Assembly: GCA_032027205.1 (NCBI GenBank)
Contig: JAVSMN010000001.1
Span: forward strand, 1,439,300 to 1,503,299
Direction: 5' to 3'
Length of the DNA: 64,000 nt
DNA from: Burkholderiaceae bacterium
Lineage (GTDB): Bacteria > Pseudomonadota > Gammaproteobacteria > Burkholderiales > Burkholderiaceae_E
The translations under genes and the position numbers were made by a program. The first letter of the stretch is position 1, and the number at the start of each line of letters is the position of its first letter. This document shows, in pieces, positions 1 to 9,596 of this stretch. Under the pieces are notes generated by a model. It saw nothing but the letters and a program-made list of their open reading frames with translations, was not told where the DNA came from and did no database searches.

Positions 1-497
1 CCACGGCTGCGAACGAGGCGCGCAAGCCGCGCGTAGAAATCGTCCGGCACCCCTTCGGGCAGGCTGCCACTGGCCACCACCCACACAAACGCGTCGAGCA
101 GCGACGCGACCCGTTCGAGGCACGCCTGCCATTCGTGCTCGTCGAGCCGCGGGCCGGGCAGCACGAAGCGATATTCGCGACCGCTCGATCGCTCGAGCAC
201 GGTGAACGATTCGCGCGTTTCACCGTCGATGCGAAGCGCCAGCGCCGGCACCGATTCCTCGTCGAGTCGCTGCTGCAGCAACGTTCCGAGCGCGCCGCCG
301 GCGGGAAACAGCGCGAGGCAGTCGGCCCCCAGGCGCGCGAGCACCCGAGCTACATTGATGCCGCCGCCGCCCGGATCGCGATGCAGGCCGGCGCAACGCA
401 GCTTGTGCTCGGGCGTGATCACCTCGGCGCTGGCCGCGACGTCGATCGATGGGTTCGGCGTGACGGTGAGTACCGCCTCGCTCGGGCCGGAAGCCAT
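1..497 (-). CDS. PfkB-family carbohydrate kinase (1-phosphofructokinase / phosphofructokinase-II-like); N-terminal ~165 aa only, the 3' part lies outside the window
   Basis: Own reverse-strand translation from ATG (complement of 495-497): MASGPSEAVLTVTPNPSIDVAASAEVITPEHKLRC..HRDPGGGGINVARVLARLG... The GGGGINV motif is typical of ribokinase/PfkB kinases. The start overlaps the stop of the upstream gene. Not in the ORF track because it is open-ended. Confidence 0.6.
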   Translation of the reverse strand, partial: MASGPSEAVLTVTPNPSIDVAASAEVITPEHKLRCAGLHRDPGGGGINVARVLARLGADCLALFPAGGALGTLLQQRLDEESVPALALRIDGETRESFTVLERSSGREYRFVLPGPRLDEHEWQACLERVASLLDAFVWVVASGSLPEGVPDDFYARLARLVRSR

Positions 498-1690
498 TAC
501 GACGCGCGGCTCGCAGCGAGCGCCGCCTCGAGATCGCTGCGCAGGTCTTCGACGTCCTCGATCCCCACCGACAGCCGCACCAGCGAATCGCCGATCCCGA
601 TTCGCGCGCGCTGCTCGGGCGGAATCGTCGCGTGCGTCATGATCGCCGGGTGTTCGATCAGGCTCTCGACGCCGCCCAGGCTCTCGGCCAGCGTGAAGAT
701 CGAGCATGCCTCCAGAAAACGGCGCGTGCCGGCGAGGTCGGTGTCGAGCTCCACCGACACCATGCCGCCGAAGCCGCGCATCTGCCTGCGGGCGAGTTCG
801 TGCTGCGGGTGCGAGGCGAGACCCGGATAACGCACGCGGCGCACGCCCTTCTGCCCTTCGAGCCAGCCCGCCAGCTCGAGCGCGCTCGCGCAGTGCCGCT
901 GCATGCGCACGTCGAGCGTCTTGACGCCGCGCAGCGCGAGAAAGCTGTCGAAGGGCCCGGCGATCGCACCGACGGCGTTTTGCAGGAAGCCGAGGCGCTC
1001 GGCATGCTGCGTATTGCGCTCGTCACCGGCGACGATCGCGACCCCGCCGATGATGTCGGAGTGTCCGTTCAGGTACTTGGTCGTCGAGTGCACGACGATG
1101 TCGAAGCCGAGCTCGAGCGGTCGCTGCACCCAGGGCGTGGCAAAGGTGTTGTCGGCGACCGAGATGACGCCGCGCTTGCGCGCAATCGACGCGAGCGCTT
1201 CGAGATCGACCAGCCGCAGCAACGGGTTGGTCGGCGACTCGACGAGCAGCATCCGCGTATCGGGACGAATCGCCGCGTCGAGCGCGGCAGGATCGGAAAG
1301 ATCGACGTAGGTCACCGACAGCCCGGCGCTCCGGGTGCGCACGCGCTCGAGCAGTCGGTACGTTCCGCCATACAGGTCGTCGCCGGCGACGATGTGCGCG
1401 CCGGCGTCGAGCAGTTCGAGCACGGTGGCGATCGCAGCCAGACCCGAGGCGAAGGCGAAAGCGCTGCCTCCGCTTTCCAGGTCGGCAATGCACCGCTCGA
1501 GCGCGAAGCGCGTCGGGTTGTGCGAGCGCCCGTAGTCGAGTCCCTGGTGCACGCCGGGGCTGCTCTGCGCATAAGTGGAGGTGGCGTAGATCGGCGTCAT
1601 CACCGCGCCAGTCGAAGGATCGGCCGACTGGCCGGCGTGGATCACGCGGGTGCCGAAGGCGCGGTGCTTCGCGTTGTCGTTGTGGCTCAC
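497..1690 (-). CDS. Cystathionine gamma-lyase/gamma-synthase family PLP enzyme (trans-sulfuration)
   Basis: 397-aa ORF with full-length resemblance to Cys/Met-metabolism PLP enzymes (..VVHSTTKYLNGHSD..). GTG start overlaps the stop of the CBS gene. Confidence 0.85.
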   Translation of the reverse strand: MSHNDNAKHRAFGTRVIHAGQSADPSTGAVMTPIYATSTYAQSSPGVHQGLDYGRSHNPTRFALERCIADLESGGSAFAFASGLAAIATVLELLDAGAHIVAGDDLYGGTYRLLERVRTRSAGLSVTYVDLSDPAALDAAIRPDTRMLLVESPTNPLLRLVDLEALASIARKRGVISVADNTFATPWVQRPLELGFDIVVHSTTKYLNGHSDIIGGVAIVAGDERNTQHAERLGFLQNAVGAIAGPFDSFLALRGVKTLDVRMQRHCASALELAGWLEGQKGVRRVRYPGLASHPQHELARRQMRGFGGMVSVELDTDLAGTRRFLEACSIFTLAESLGGVESLIEHPAIMTHATIPPEQRARIGIGDSLVRLSVGIEDVEDLRSDLEAALAASRAS

Positions 1691-3060
1691 GAGAAAGTCC
1701 TGCGCAGGTGATTGAGAAGATCGAATCGGGTGACGAGGCCGTGAAAGCGTTCGTCGTCGGCGATGATCGCTACCAGGCCGCGGTCGAGCACCGCGCGCAG
1801 CGCCGGCAGCCCCGCGTCGGGACGCAGCGTCTCGAGCGCCTGTGTCATCGCGGTATCGGCGGTCGCCTCGAAACGCGCCGGGTCGTCGAGCGCGTGCAGC
1901 AATACGTCGGATTCGTCGACGATGCCGACGATGCGGCCGTTCTCGAGCACCGGCAACTGCGAGACGTCGGCCGCGCGCATGCGCTGGAATACCGTGCGCA
2001 GCGTGTCGCTGCGCTGCGCCTGCACGACGCTGCCCTCGTCGTAGCGGCGCCCGATCACATCGCGCAGGTCGCCGAAATTTTCCCGCGCGAGCAGTCCCTG
2101 GTCGATCATCCAGTTGTCGTTGTAGACCTTCGACAGGTAGCGCGTTCCCGTGTCGCAGACGAACGAGACGACGCGCATCGGTGTCGTCTGCTCACGGCAC
2201 CAGCGCAGCGCCGCCGCGAGCAGCGTGCCGGTGGACGAGCCTCCGGGCACGCCTTCGGCATGCAACAGTTCGCGCGCCGCGCCGAAGCTTTCGTCGTCGG
2301 GAATCGAGTACGCGCGGCGCACGAGCGAGAAATCGGCGATCGACGGGACGAAATCTTCACCGATCCCTTCGACCGCCCACGAGCCCGCCTCGCCGACCTT
2401 GCCGGTTCGCACGTAGTCGGCGAGCACCGAGCCCTGCGGGTCGGCGAGCACGAACTCGACCTCGGGCGCGACCTCGCGAAAGAACGCCGTGAGCCCGGCC
2501 AGCGTGCCGCCCGAGCCCACGCCGCAGACGATCGCGTCGATCGCATGCCCGCTCTGCGCCCACAATTCCGGCGCAGTGGACCAGCGGTGCGCGGCTGCGT
2601 TATCGGGATTGCCGAACTGATCGACGAAGAATGCGCCCGGCGTTTCGCGTGCGAGACGCGCAGCGTAATCCTGGTAATAGTCGGGATGCCCGCGCAGCAC
2701 GTCAGAGCGCGTCGTATGCACCTCCGCGCCGAGCGCCTTCAGGTGCAGCACCTTCTCGCTCGACATCTTGTCGGGCACGACGAGCACGACGCGGTACCCC
2801 TTCGCCCGCGCGACGAGCGCAAGCCCCAGGCCGGTGTTGCCGGCGGTTGCCTCGACGATCGTCCCGCCCGGCTGCAACTGCCCGCGCCGCTCGGCGCCCT
2901 CGATCATCCACAGGCCGATGCGGTCCTTGATCGAGCCACCGGGGTTCTGCGATTCGAGCTTCAGGAATAGCCGGCACGGGCCGGTGTCGAGCCGCGTGAT
3001 CTCCAGCAGCGGCGTGTTTCCGATGAGGGCGAGCACGCCCGGTCGACGCCGAGAGTCCAT
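1687..3060 (-). CDS. Cystathionine beta-synthase (PALP domain plus tandem CBS domains)
   Basis: ORF-track frame 1687..3483 trimmed to the internal ATG (complement of 3058-3060): MDSRRRPGVLALIGNTPLLE.. Shows GSIKDR and GNTG PLP motifs and a C-terminal CBS pair. The longer N-terminal extension is Arg-rich and overlaps the next gene. Confidence 0.8.
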   Translation of the reverse strand: MDSRRRPGVLALIGNTPLLEITRLDTGPCRLFLKLESQNPGGSIKDRIGLWMIEGAERRGQLQPGGTIVEATAGNTGLGLALVARAKGYRVVLVVPDKMSSEKVLHLKALGAEVHTTRSDVLRGHPDYYQDYAARLARETPGAFFVDQFGNPDNAAAHRWSTAPELWAQSGHAIDAIVCGVGSGGTLAGLTAFFREVAPEVEFVLADPQGSVLADYVRTGKVGEAGSWAVEGIGEDFVPSIADFSLVRRAYSIPDDESFGAARELLHAEGVPGGSSTGTLLAAALRWCREQTTPMRVVSFVCDTGTRYLSKVYNDNWMIDQGLLARENFGDLRDVIGRRYDEGSVVQAQRSDTLRTVFQRMRAADVSQLPVLENGRIVGIVDESDVLLHALDDPARFEATADTAMTQALETLRPDAGLPALRAVLDRGLVAIIADDERFHGLVTRFDLLNHLRRTFS

Positions 3061-3140
3061 GGCTTTCCCCGTTCGTTCCGAGGCACGCCCCAGCATGCCA
3101 GAACCGTCGGGGCGCGCACGTCTTGCCCCGCCAGTCCGCG

Positions 3141-3515
3141 CTAGCGGATCCCGACGCGGCGCTGCTGCGAGCGCACGTACGCGACGATGTGCGCGACGTC
3201 GTCGGCGCTCAATCCCGGGACCGGCTTCATGTCGCCGAACTTCCAGTGATGCGCACGCACGCCGTTGCGCACTGCGAGCTGGAAGGACGCGTCGCCGTGA
3301 TGCGAGGGCTCGTAGATGCGGTGCAGGAACGGCGGCCCCTGGTCCGTGCCTTTCAGGTCGGCGCCATGACAGCTCGCGCACTTCTCGTCGTATAGCGCCT
3401 TGCCGCGCGCCGCGTTCGGCATCAGCCCAGGACTCGGCTGCGGGACCTGCATCGGTTGTGCGGCCAGCAGCGCCGGAACGCATACGAGGGAAAGAAGCGC
3501 CTTCGCCTTCTTCAC
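3141..3515 (-). CDS. Monohaem c-type cytochrome (class I), secreted
   Basis: 124 aa with signal peptide MKKAKALLSLVCVPALLAA and a single CASCH haem-binding motif. Confidence 0.8.
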   Translation of the reverse strand: MKKAKALLSLVCVPALLAAQPMQVPQPSPGLMPNAARGKALYDEKCASCHGADLKGTDQGPPFLHRIYEPSHHGDASFQLAVRNGVRAHHWKFGDMKPVPGLSADDVAHIVAYVRSQQRRVGIR

Positions 3516-3522
3516 GCCGGGG

Positions 3523-3789
3523 TCACTCCGAAAGATCCTTCTTCTTCGCGTCGAACTCGGCCTTGTCGATCTCGCCGCGCGCGTAGCGCTTCTTCAGGAT
3601 GTCGAGCGCGGTGTCGGGCGCTTCGCGCGCCGCGGTCGAACGCAACTCGCGCGAATCACGCGAATCACGTGAATCACGCGACACCAGGCGCACCAACAGG
3701 GCGATGCCCAAGCCCAAAAGCACTAGCCACAGCAGGCCGTGCACGAGGCCCATGCCCCAGTACCAACCGCCGTATCCGTCGTACATCAT
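3523..3789 (-). CDS. SHOCT-domain small membrane protein
   Basis: 88 aa with an N-terminal hydrophobic segment. C-terminal LKKRYARGEIDKAEFDAKKKDL resembles the SHOCT short C-terminal domain. Contains an (SRD)3 repeat. Confidence 0.6.
   Translation of the reverse strand: MMYDGYGGWYWGMGLVHGLLWLVLLGLGIALLVRLVSRDSRDSRDSRELRSTAAREAPDTALDILKKRYARGEIDKAEFDAKKKDLSE
3652..3678. repeat. 3 x 9-bp perfect/near-perfect tandem repeat (CGAATCACG) inside the SHOCT gene
   Basis: Read directly: cgaatcacg cgaatcacg tgaatcacg. Encodes SRDSRDSRD on the minus strand. Confidence 0.8.
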
Positions 3790-3918
3790 CGATGGTCCCC
3801 GAAGCGATGCCGATACCGAGCATACGGCAGTCGATCCGGCGCGAAGATGTCGCGAGGATTACGAATCGGTCATCTGCGCACGCTCGACTACCATCCGGCC
3901 ACCCGGACGGAAACGACG

Positions 3919-4371
3919 ATGACGAAACCCGCCTCGAACCAGATCAGGCCGCCGCTCACCCTGCTGTTCGGACTTGCGCTCGCCGCGTGCACCGCTGGCG
4001 TCGAGGCTTCGGAGGCGCGTGCGGAAGCAGGCAGGTCGGGACGGCAGGTCTATGAGAAGACTTGCGTCACCTGCCACGCCACGGGAGTGGAGAACGCGCC
4101 ACGATGGGGCGATCGTGCCGCCTGGAAGCCGCTCGTCGAAGAGGGCCAGGAGGTGCTGACGGCGCACGCGTGGGTCGGCGTGCGCGCGATGCCGCCGCGC
4201 GGTGGCGATCCGTCCCTCTCGCTGGTCGAGTTCGCGCGCGCCGTCGCGTACATGGTGCGCAGTGCGGGAGGCGACTGGGAAGACCCCGATGACGAGATGC
4301 TCGAGGAGATCCGCGAAGAGGAAGCAGATCGCATTGCAGCGATGCGCGCCGGCGCCAGGGCAGCCAACTGA
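3919..4371 (+). CDS. Cytochrome c5-family monohaem cytochrome (lipoprotein-like signal)
   Basis: Trimmed to ATG 3919 (MTKPASNQIRPPLTLLFGLALAAC..). Shows a CVTCH motif and AMPPRGG, typical of cytochrome c5. Confidence 0.75.
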   Translation: MTKPASNQIRPPLTLLFGLALAACTAGVEASEARAEAGRSGRQVYEKTCVTCHATGVENAPRWGDRAAWKPLVEEGQEVLTAHAWVGVRAMPPRGGDPSLSLVEFARAVAYMVRSAGGDWEDPDDEMLEEIREEEADRIAAMRAGARAAN

Positions 4372-4427
4372 CGCGCACCCCCCGCGGCTATAATCCCCCG
4401 CTCCGAATCCTCCGAGGGGGCGCAGGC

Positions 4428-5063
4428 ATGAGCGACGACCATCAGTCCTTCATCAACACTCCGCGTCAGTTGATCGTCGTCGTCGTTCTCGCATTCCTCG
4501 TTCCAATCGTCGTCATCGCGCTCATCGCCACCTACGTCCAGACGACGAAGCGAACCGGCACCGGTGCCGACGCGATGACGGCCGAAGCGATCGCCAAGCG
4601 ACTGCAGCCGATCGGCCGGCTCGAAGTCCAGGCGGCCGCGGCGCCGGAGGGCAGCACGCCAGCGCCCGCCGCCGCAGCCCCGGCGGCTGCACCCGCCGCG
4701 CCCGCAGCCGCTGCGGCACCTGCAGCAGCGGCTCCCGCTGGAGCCGCCGCGCCGGCGCCGGCCGCCTCGGCACCTGCGGCCGGCGCCCCTGCGCCCTCGC
4801 AAGCGGCGGGCAAGGTCGACGTCGCCGCCGGCGAAAAGATCTACAAGGCCACCTGCGGCGTCTGCCACGAGAGCGGCGTCGCCGGCGCGCCGAAGCACGG
4901 CGACAAGGCCGCGTGGAAACCGCGCCTGGACCAGGGCATGGACGTTCTCGACAAGCACGCGATCGAGGGCATCCGCGCGATGCCTCCGCGCGGCGGCAAC
5001 GCCAAGCTCACCGACGCCGAAATGCGCGACGCCGTCGCGTACATGGTCGCCGCGGTTCAGTGA
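4428..5063 (+). CDS. Membrane-anchored cytochrome c5-family protein with a long Ala/Pro-rich linker
   Basis: 211 aa with an N-terminal TM helix, a ~90-aa (A/P)n low-complexity linker (about nt 4630-4800), then CGVCH and AMPPRGG motifs. Confidence 0.8.
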   Translation: MSDDHQSFINTPRQLIVVVVLAFLVPIVVIALIATYVQTTKRTGTGADAMTAEAIAKRLQPIGRLEVQAAAAPEGSTPAPAAAAPAAAPAAPAAAAAPAAAAPAGAAAPAPAASAPAAGAPAPSQAAGKVDVAAGEKIYKATCGVCHESGVAGAPKHGDKAAWKPRLDQGMDVLDKHAIEGIRAMPPRGGNAKLTDAEMRDAVAYMVAAVQ

Positions 5064-5074
5064 GTTTCGCCACT

Positions 5075-5106
5075 GCGAACCGGGCGCTCTTCTGCGCCAG
5101 GTTCGC
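5075..5106. terminator. Hairpin between convergent genes (putative bidirectional terminator)
   Basis: GCGAACCGGGCGC / GCGCCAGGTTCGC form a 13-bp stem with one mismatch and a 6-nt loop TCTTCT. It lies between the cytochrome c5 stop and the amidase stop. No clear U-tract. Confidence 0.45.
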
Positions 5107-5108
5107 GG

Positions 5109-6605
5109 TCAGCGGCCGGGCGGCGCGAGCCGCCCGAACACCTGCTCCAGCGCCATCCCGATCGCGACGAGGCGTCGGTCACTACCCGCCGGCCCGTCGA
5201 TCTCGAGACCGACCGGCAGTCGCGTCGTCTCGCCGAGCGCCACCGGCAACGTGATCCCAGGCACTCCGGCGTTGCTGCCCGGGTCGGTGTTGCGGATATA
5301 GCGCACGAAGTTCTCCACGCTGCTCGATTCCGGACCGGCGGGCATCGCCACCGCCGGCACCGTTGGGAAGACAATACCGTCGAGTCGGTGCTGCGCGAAG
5401 GTGTCCGCGTAGAGCTTTTGCAATGCCGGACGCGCGTCGCGCATCGCCGCCTCGTAGACCGGCCGGGCATCGACAGTGCTGCCATCGGGGCCCGGCAGCT
5501 TGCGCGGCAGCACCAGGTTATCGAAGGTGCCCTTGACGTCGGGGCTGGAGATCTGCGCGGCCAGTTGTTCGAGCGTGACGTCGGTGGAGTAGTGCTTCAG
5601 GTAGCCGGCCACGTCGTCGTGCGCCTCGAACAGCGCCAGCGGGAAGCCGATCCTGCCGCTGAGCTCCATCAGCTGCGGCATCTCGATGTCGATCAGCGTG
5701 ACGCCTGCCGCGCGCAGCTTCGCGAGCGCGGCATCCATCGCAGCACGTGTATCGGCATCGAGATCGGCGTACAGCGGCGCGACCACGCCGAAGCGCACGC
5801 TCGCGGGATCGGCGGCCTGCGCCGGCTCGTCGCCGCTGATCACGCGGTCGAGCAACTCGACGTCGCGCATCGACACGGCCATCGGCCCGGCCGTGTCGCG
5901 CGTGTGCGAAATCGGGGTGATGCCCGCCTGCGGATAGCGGCCTACGGTCGGCCGCAGCGCCGCGCATCCGTTGAACGCGCACGGAATGCGAACCGAGCCG
6001 CCGGTATCGGTGCCGATTCCCGCCGGCGCGATGCGCGCGCCGATCGCCGCGCCGTTTCCGGAAGACGACCCGCCCGCCATCCGCGTGGGATCGTAGGCAT
6101 TGCGCACGCCGTACGACTCGCCGGTCTTGAACGCGGTGTTGTAGCCGCTGATGCCGAAGGCGAGCTCGTGCATGTTCGTCTTGCCCATCACGATCGCGCC
6201 CGCGTCGCGCAGCTTGCGCACGACAGGCGCATCGACGGGCGGCTCGAAGTCTTTCAGTGCCGGCGTGCCGGCGGTGCTGCGAATCCCCGCGACGTGGATG
6301 TTGTCCTTGACGACGATCGGCAACCCGTCGAGCGGCAGGCACTTGCCGCGCGCACTGCGCGACGTGTCTGCGGCGCTCGCCGCACGTAGCGCGGGCGCTT
6401 CGTCCAAGGTGATGAACGCGTTCAGGTCGGGGCGGGCGCGCGCGCGCTTCAGGTAGGCATGCATCAGCGACTGACTGTCGAAGCGGCCCTCGCAGACCGC
6501 CTGCACGGCTTCGGCGGCGCTCATCGTGTCGATTGCCGGAGCCGAACCGGCCGCGAGCGCGGCGCCGCTCACGGCGAGCGCCGTGATCGCGATGACTGTC
6601 TGCAT
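5109..6605 (-). CDS. Amidase (amidase-signature family), secreted
   Basis: Trimmed to MQTVIAITALAVSGAALA.., which has a GGAGG Shine-Dalgarno sequence upstream. Carries the amidase signature ..MAGGSSSGNGAAIGA.. Confidence 0.85.
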   Translation of the reverse strand: MQTVIAITALAVSGAALAAGSAPAIDTMSAAEAVQAVCEGRFDSQSLMHAYLKRARARPDLNAFITLDEAPALRAASAADTSRSARGKCLPLDGLPIVVKDNIHVAGIRSTAGTPALKDFEPPVDAPVVRKLRDAGAIVMGKTNMHELAFGISGYNTAFKTGESYGVRNAYDPTRMAGGSSSGNGAAIGARIAPAGIGTDTGGSVRIPCAFNGCAALRPTVGRYPQAGITPISHTRDTAGPMAVSMRDVELLDRVISGDEPAQAADPASVRFGVVAPLYADLDADTRAAMDAALAKLRAAGVTLIDIEMPQLMELSGRIGFPLALFEAHDDVAGYLKHYSTDVTLEQLAAQISSPDVKGTFDNLVLPRKLPGPDGSTVDARPVYEAAMRDARPALQKLYADTFAQHRLDGIVFPTVPAVAMPAGPESSSVENFVRYIRNTDPGSNAGVPGITLPVALGETTRLPVGLEIDGPAGSDRRLVAIGMALEQVFGRLAPPGR

Positions 6606-6728
6606 CGAAACCTCCCGCGGAAGAAGATCGGTGCCGGCCATTCTCCTGCAACGCGCCGGGGGAGCACGCGGTAGCCGGACTGCCGCACCAAGTACGCGCC
6701 CCGCGCGTGATAGGAAGATGAGGCGGTA

Positions 6729-7523
6729 TCAGGCGCCGGGGTACGACGCGCAGGAGTCGAGAAAGCACGCGAGCCCCTCGCGTGCGTCGGCACCGCCCAC
6801 CGTGGCGACGAAGCGTTCGCGCTCGGCGTCGAGCGCCTGCTCGACCGCGTCGAGATCTCCGGCAAGCAGGCGCTTTCCTTCGCAGACCGTCGTTCGCGGC
6901 GCCGCGGCGATGCGCAACGCGATCTCGCGCGCGAGTCCGGCGACGCCTTCGCGCACGGTCAATTCCGTGACCAGCCCGCAGGCGAGCGCTTCGTTGGCCT
7001 GCAATGCGCGATCGAGCAGCAGGCACGCCGACGCACGCCGCCGGCCCACGACCTGCGGCAGCAGCGCCGTCCAGCCGCCGTCCGGCGTAAAGCCGGCGCG
7101 CGCGTACTGCGGATCGAAGCGGCAGTCGTGCGCGGCGACGACGATGTCGCAGCCGAGCACGAGCCCGATTGCTGCGCCTCCCACCGCCCCCTGCACCGCA
7201 CCGACGACCGGCTGCGGCAGGCGCAGCAACGACACGATCGCCTGGTTCAGCAATCCCACGTACTCGGCGGCATAGCTGGCGAGCGCCGCGCCCTGCATCT
7301 CGCGCGCGAAGCGGCGCAGGTCGGCGCCGATCGAGAACGACTCGCCTTCTGCGGCCAACAGCACGACGCGCGTGTCGTCACGCCGGCCGACCTCCTCGAG
7401 GGAAACGCACAGATCGAGCAGCAGGTCCGGAACGAGCGCGTTACCCATCGAGGCGCGCGCCAGCGTCACCGTGGAGAGCGCGCCGGCATGGACCAGCCGC
7501 ACCGACGGAGCCGTCGCGCTCAT
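6729..7523 (-). CDS. Enoyl-CoA hydratase/isomerase (crotonase) family protein
   Basis: Trimmed to MSATAPSVRLVH.. The start overlaps the stop of the upstream permease (ATGA). Crotonase-like ..GESFSIGADL.. and ..VVGAVQGAVGGAAIGL.. Confidence 0.8.
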   Translation of the reverse strand: MSATAPSVRLVHAGALSTVTLARASMGNALVPDLLLDLCVSLEEVGRRDDTRVVLLAAEGESFSIGADLRRFAREMQGAALASYAAEYVGLLNQAIVSLLRLPQPVVGAVQGAVGGAAIGLVLGCDIVVAAHDCRFDPQYARAGFTPDGGWTALLPQVVGRRRASACLLLDRALQANEALACGLVTELTVREGVAGLAREIALRIAAAPRTTVCEGKRLLAGDLDAVEQALDAERERFVATVGGADAREGLACFLDSCASYPGA

Positions 7524-8596
7524 CGCAGCGTTCGCGCGATCGCCCGCGCGCGCAATCGACCGACGATGCCGGTCGGGAAGTAGTAAACCGAAAGCACGAA
7601 CAGCAGCCCGAGCCACAGCAGCCAGCGATCGGGCGAGAAGAGCGCCGCTGCGAGCGGCACCGGCTCCAGTGCGCCCGAAACGAGCCGCATCAGGTCCTGC
7701 AGGTAGCTCTGCGCGAGCACGAAGATCGCGCTGCCGATCACCGCGCCGTACATCGTGCCCATGCCGCCGATGACGACGATCAGCAGGATGTCGACCATGA
7801 TCTCGAAAGACAGCGACGTGTCGGGACCGTTGTAGCGCAGCCAGATCGCGAGCAATGCGCCGGCGAGCGTGGCGAACAGCGCGCCGAGCACCGATGACAC
7901 CGTGCGGAAGACCACGGTGCGGTAGCCGATCGCCTCGGCGCGGAAGTCGTTCTCGCGGATCGCCTGCAGCACGCGACCGAAAGGCGAGTTGACGATGCGC
8001 AGCAGCACGAGGAACAGCACGAGAACCGAGAAGAACACCAGGTAGTAGGTGAGGAAGCGCCCGTCGATCGACGCGCCGAGTACCGTGTCCTCGAACAGCT
8101 CGAACGAAGGCTGCAGCACCGCCGGCACCTTGAAGCTCAGGCCGTCCTCGCCGCCGGTGAATTCGGACAGCTGCGAGGCGAGCGTCTGGAACGCGGCCGC
8201 GACGGCGAGCGTGATCATCGCGAAGAAGATCGCCTTCACGCGCAGGCTGAACAGGCCGATCGCGAACGCGAGCAGCGCCGACAGCACGAGCGCGAGGACG
8301 ACGCCGACGACGATCGCATCCCAGCCCGGACCCATGCGCGTGCTCGCGATGGCCACGCCGTAGGCGCCGATGCCGAAGAACATCGTGTGCGCGAACGAGA
8401 CGATGCCGGTGTAGCCGAGCAGCAGGTCGTAGCTCGCCACCAGCAGCACGAAGACGAGCACCTTCGCTGCCACCGACAACGAACGCGCGCCGGGGAACAC
8501 GAACGGCACGAGCAGCAGCGCGAGCACGATCACGATCAGGATCGCCGCCGCGAAGCGGCTGCGCGGATAGTCGCCCGAGAGCAGCGTGCGGATCAT
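7520..8596 (-). CDS. Branched-chain amino acid-type ABC transporter permease (LivM-type)
   Basis: 358-aa polytopic membrane protein with LivM-like sequence, in an operon with a LivH-type permease and two ATPases. Confidence 0.9.
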   Translation of the reverse strand: MIRTLLSGDYPRSRFAAAILIVIVLALLLVPFVFPGARSLSVAAKVLVFVLLVASYDLLLGYTGIVSFAHTMFFGIGAYGVAIASTRMGPGWDAIVVGVVLALVLSALLAFAIGLFSLRVKAIFFAMITLAVAAAFQTLASQLSEFTGGEDGLSFKVPAVLQPSFELFEDTVLGASIDGRFLTYYLVFFSVLVLFLVLLRIVNSPFGRVLQAIRENDFRAEAIGYRTVVFRTVSSVLGALFATLAGALLAIWLRYNGPDTSLSFEIMVDILLIVVIGGMGTMYGAVIGSAIFVLAQSYLQDLMRLVSGALEPVPLAAALFSPDRWLLWLGLLFVLSVYYFPTGIVGRLRARAIARTLR

Positions 8597-8609
8597 CGCA
8601 TCGACCCCA

Positions 8610-9596
8610 TCAGCGCCGGGCCACCGGGAACAGTCCCTGCGGCCGCCACAGCAGGATCGCCATCATCAGCAGGATGTTCGAGAAGAGCGCCACCTTCGGC
8701 GCGAGAAAGCCGGTGTAGTTCGCCATCAGGCCGACCAGCAGCGCGCCGACGAAGCAGCCGGTGGTCGAGCCCAGCCCGCCGATGATGATGACGATGAAGA
8801 TCAGGATGTTCACCTGCGCGCCCATCTGCGGCACGACGCTTTGCTGGTACAGCCCCCACATCACGCCGCCGAGGCCGGCGAGCGCCGAGCCGACGACGAA
8901 CACGCCGACGAACAGCCGCCGGATGCGGTAGCCGAGACTCTCGACCATCTCGCGGTCCTGCACGCCGGCACGGATCAGCAGGCCGATCTTCGTGCGCTCG
9001 AGCACGAAGAGCAGCGCAAGGAACACGGCGAGGCCGACGACGACCGCGAGCAGCCGGTATTTCTCGATCGCCGCGTCGCCGACGAGGTAGGCGCCGCGCA
9101 GCGCCGCCGGCAGCGGCAGCGGGATCTGCTGCGGTCCCCAGATGACCTTGATCAGCTCCTCGCCGATGATCATCCCGCCCATCGTGATCAGGACCTGCTT
9201 CAGGTGATTGCCGTAGACGGGCCGCACGATCAACCGCTCGAACACGACACCGATCGCCGCGGCGACCGCCATCGCCGCGAGCATGGCCAGGCCGATCGCG
9301 CCGAGGTTCGCCGCGAGCGACGCCGATTCGGTCCAGGCGCCCAGCGGCGCGAGCACCGACATCGCGACGAAGGCGCCGAATGCGATGAACACGCCGTGGC
9401 CGAAGTTCAGCACGTCCATCAGGCCGAAGACGAGCGTGAGTCCCGAGGCGATGATGAAGACGATCATTCCCATCGCCAGCCCCGCGACCGTCAGCGTGGC
9501 CCAGGTCGGCACGCTGCCGATCAGCGGCAGCGCGACGAGCGCGAGAACCGCGACGAGCGCGTACGGGAGCAGCTGTCGCGTACTCGTCGGGTTCAT
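8610..9596 (-). CDS. Branched-chain amino acid-type ABC transporter permease (LivH-type)
   Basis: 328-aa polytopic membrane protein with LivH-like sequence. Confidence 0.9.
   Translation of the reverse strand: MNPTSTRQLLPYALVAVLALVALPLIGSVPTWATLTVAGLAMGMIVFIIASGLTLVFGLMDVLNFGHGVFIAFGAFVAMSVLAPLGAWTESASLAANLGAIGLAMLAAMAVAAAIGVVFERLIVRPVYGNHLKQVLITMGGMIIGEELIKVIWGPQQIPLPLPAALRGAYLVGDAAIEKYRLLAVVVGLAVFLALLFVLERTKIGLLIRAGVQDREMVESLGYRIRRLFVGVFVVGSALAGLGGVMWGLYQQSVVPQMGAQVNILIFIVIIIGGLGSTTGCFVGALLVGLMANYTGFLAPKVALFSNILLMMAILLWRPQGLFPVARR

Noticed and set aside
3061-3483. 141-aa N-terminal extension of the cystathionine beta-synthase ORF.
   Set aside because: The extension is Arg-rich and non-homologous, and it overlaps the cytochrome c gene at 3141..3515. 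The internal ATG at 3060 gives a canonical CBS N-terminus.
4630-4800. Highly repetitive GC-rich tract, checked as a possible CRISPR array or tandem repeat.
   Set aside because: It is an in-frame Ala/Pro low-complexity linker of the cytochrome c5 protein, with no repeat-spacer periodicity.
5518-7026. Long ORFs in alternative frames or on the opposite strand of well-supported genes. Examples are 5518..7026, 25751..27283, 27293..29272, 30044..32245, 60022..62094, 35393..37927 and 9596..11032.
   Set aside because: These are Arg/Ala/Pro/Gly-rich translations typical of shadow ORFs in ~70% GC DNA. Each overlaps a gene with clear family motifs in another frame.
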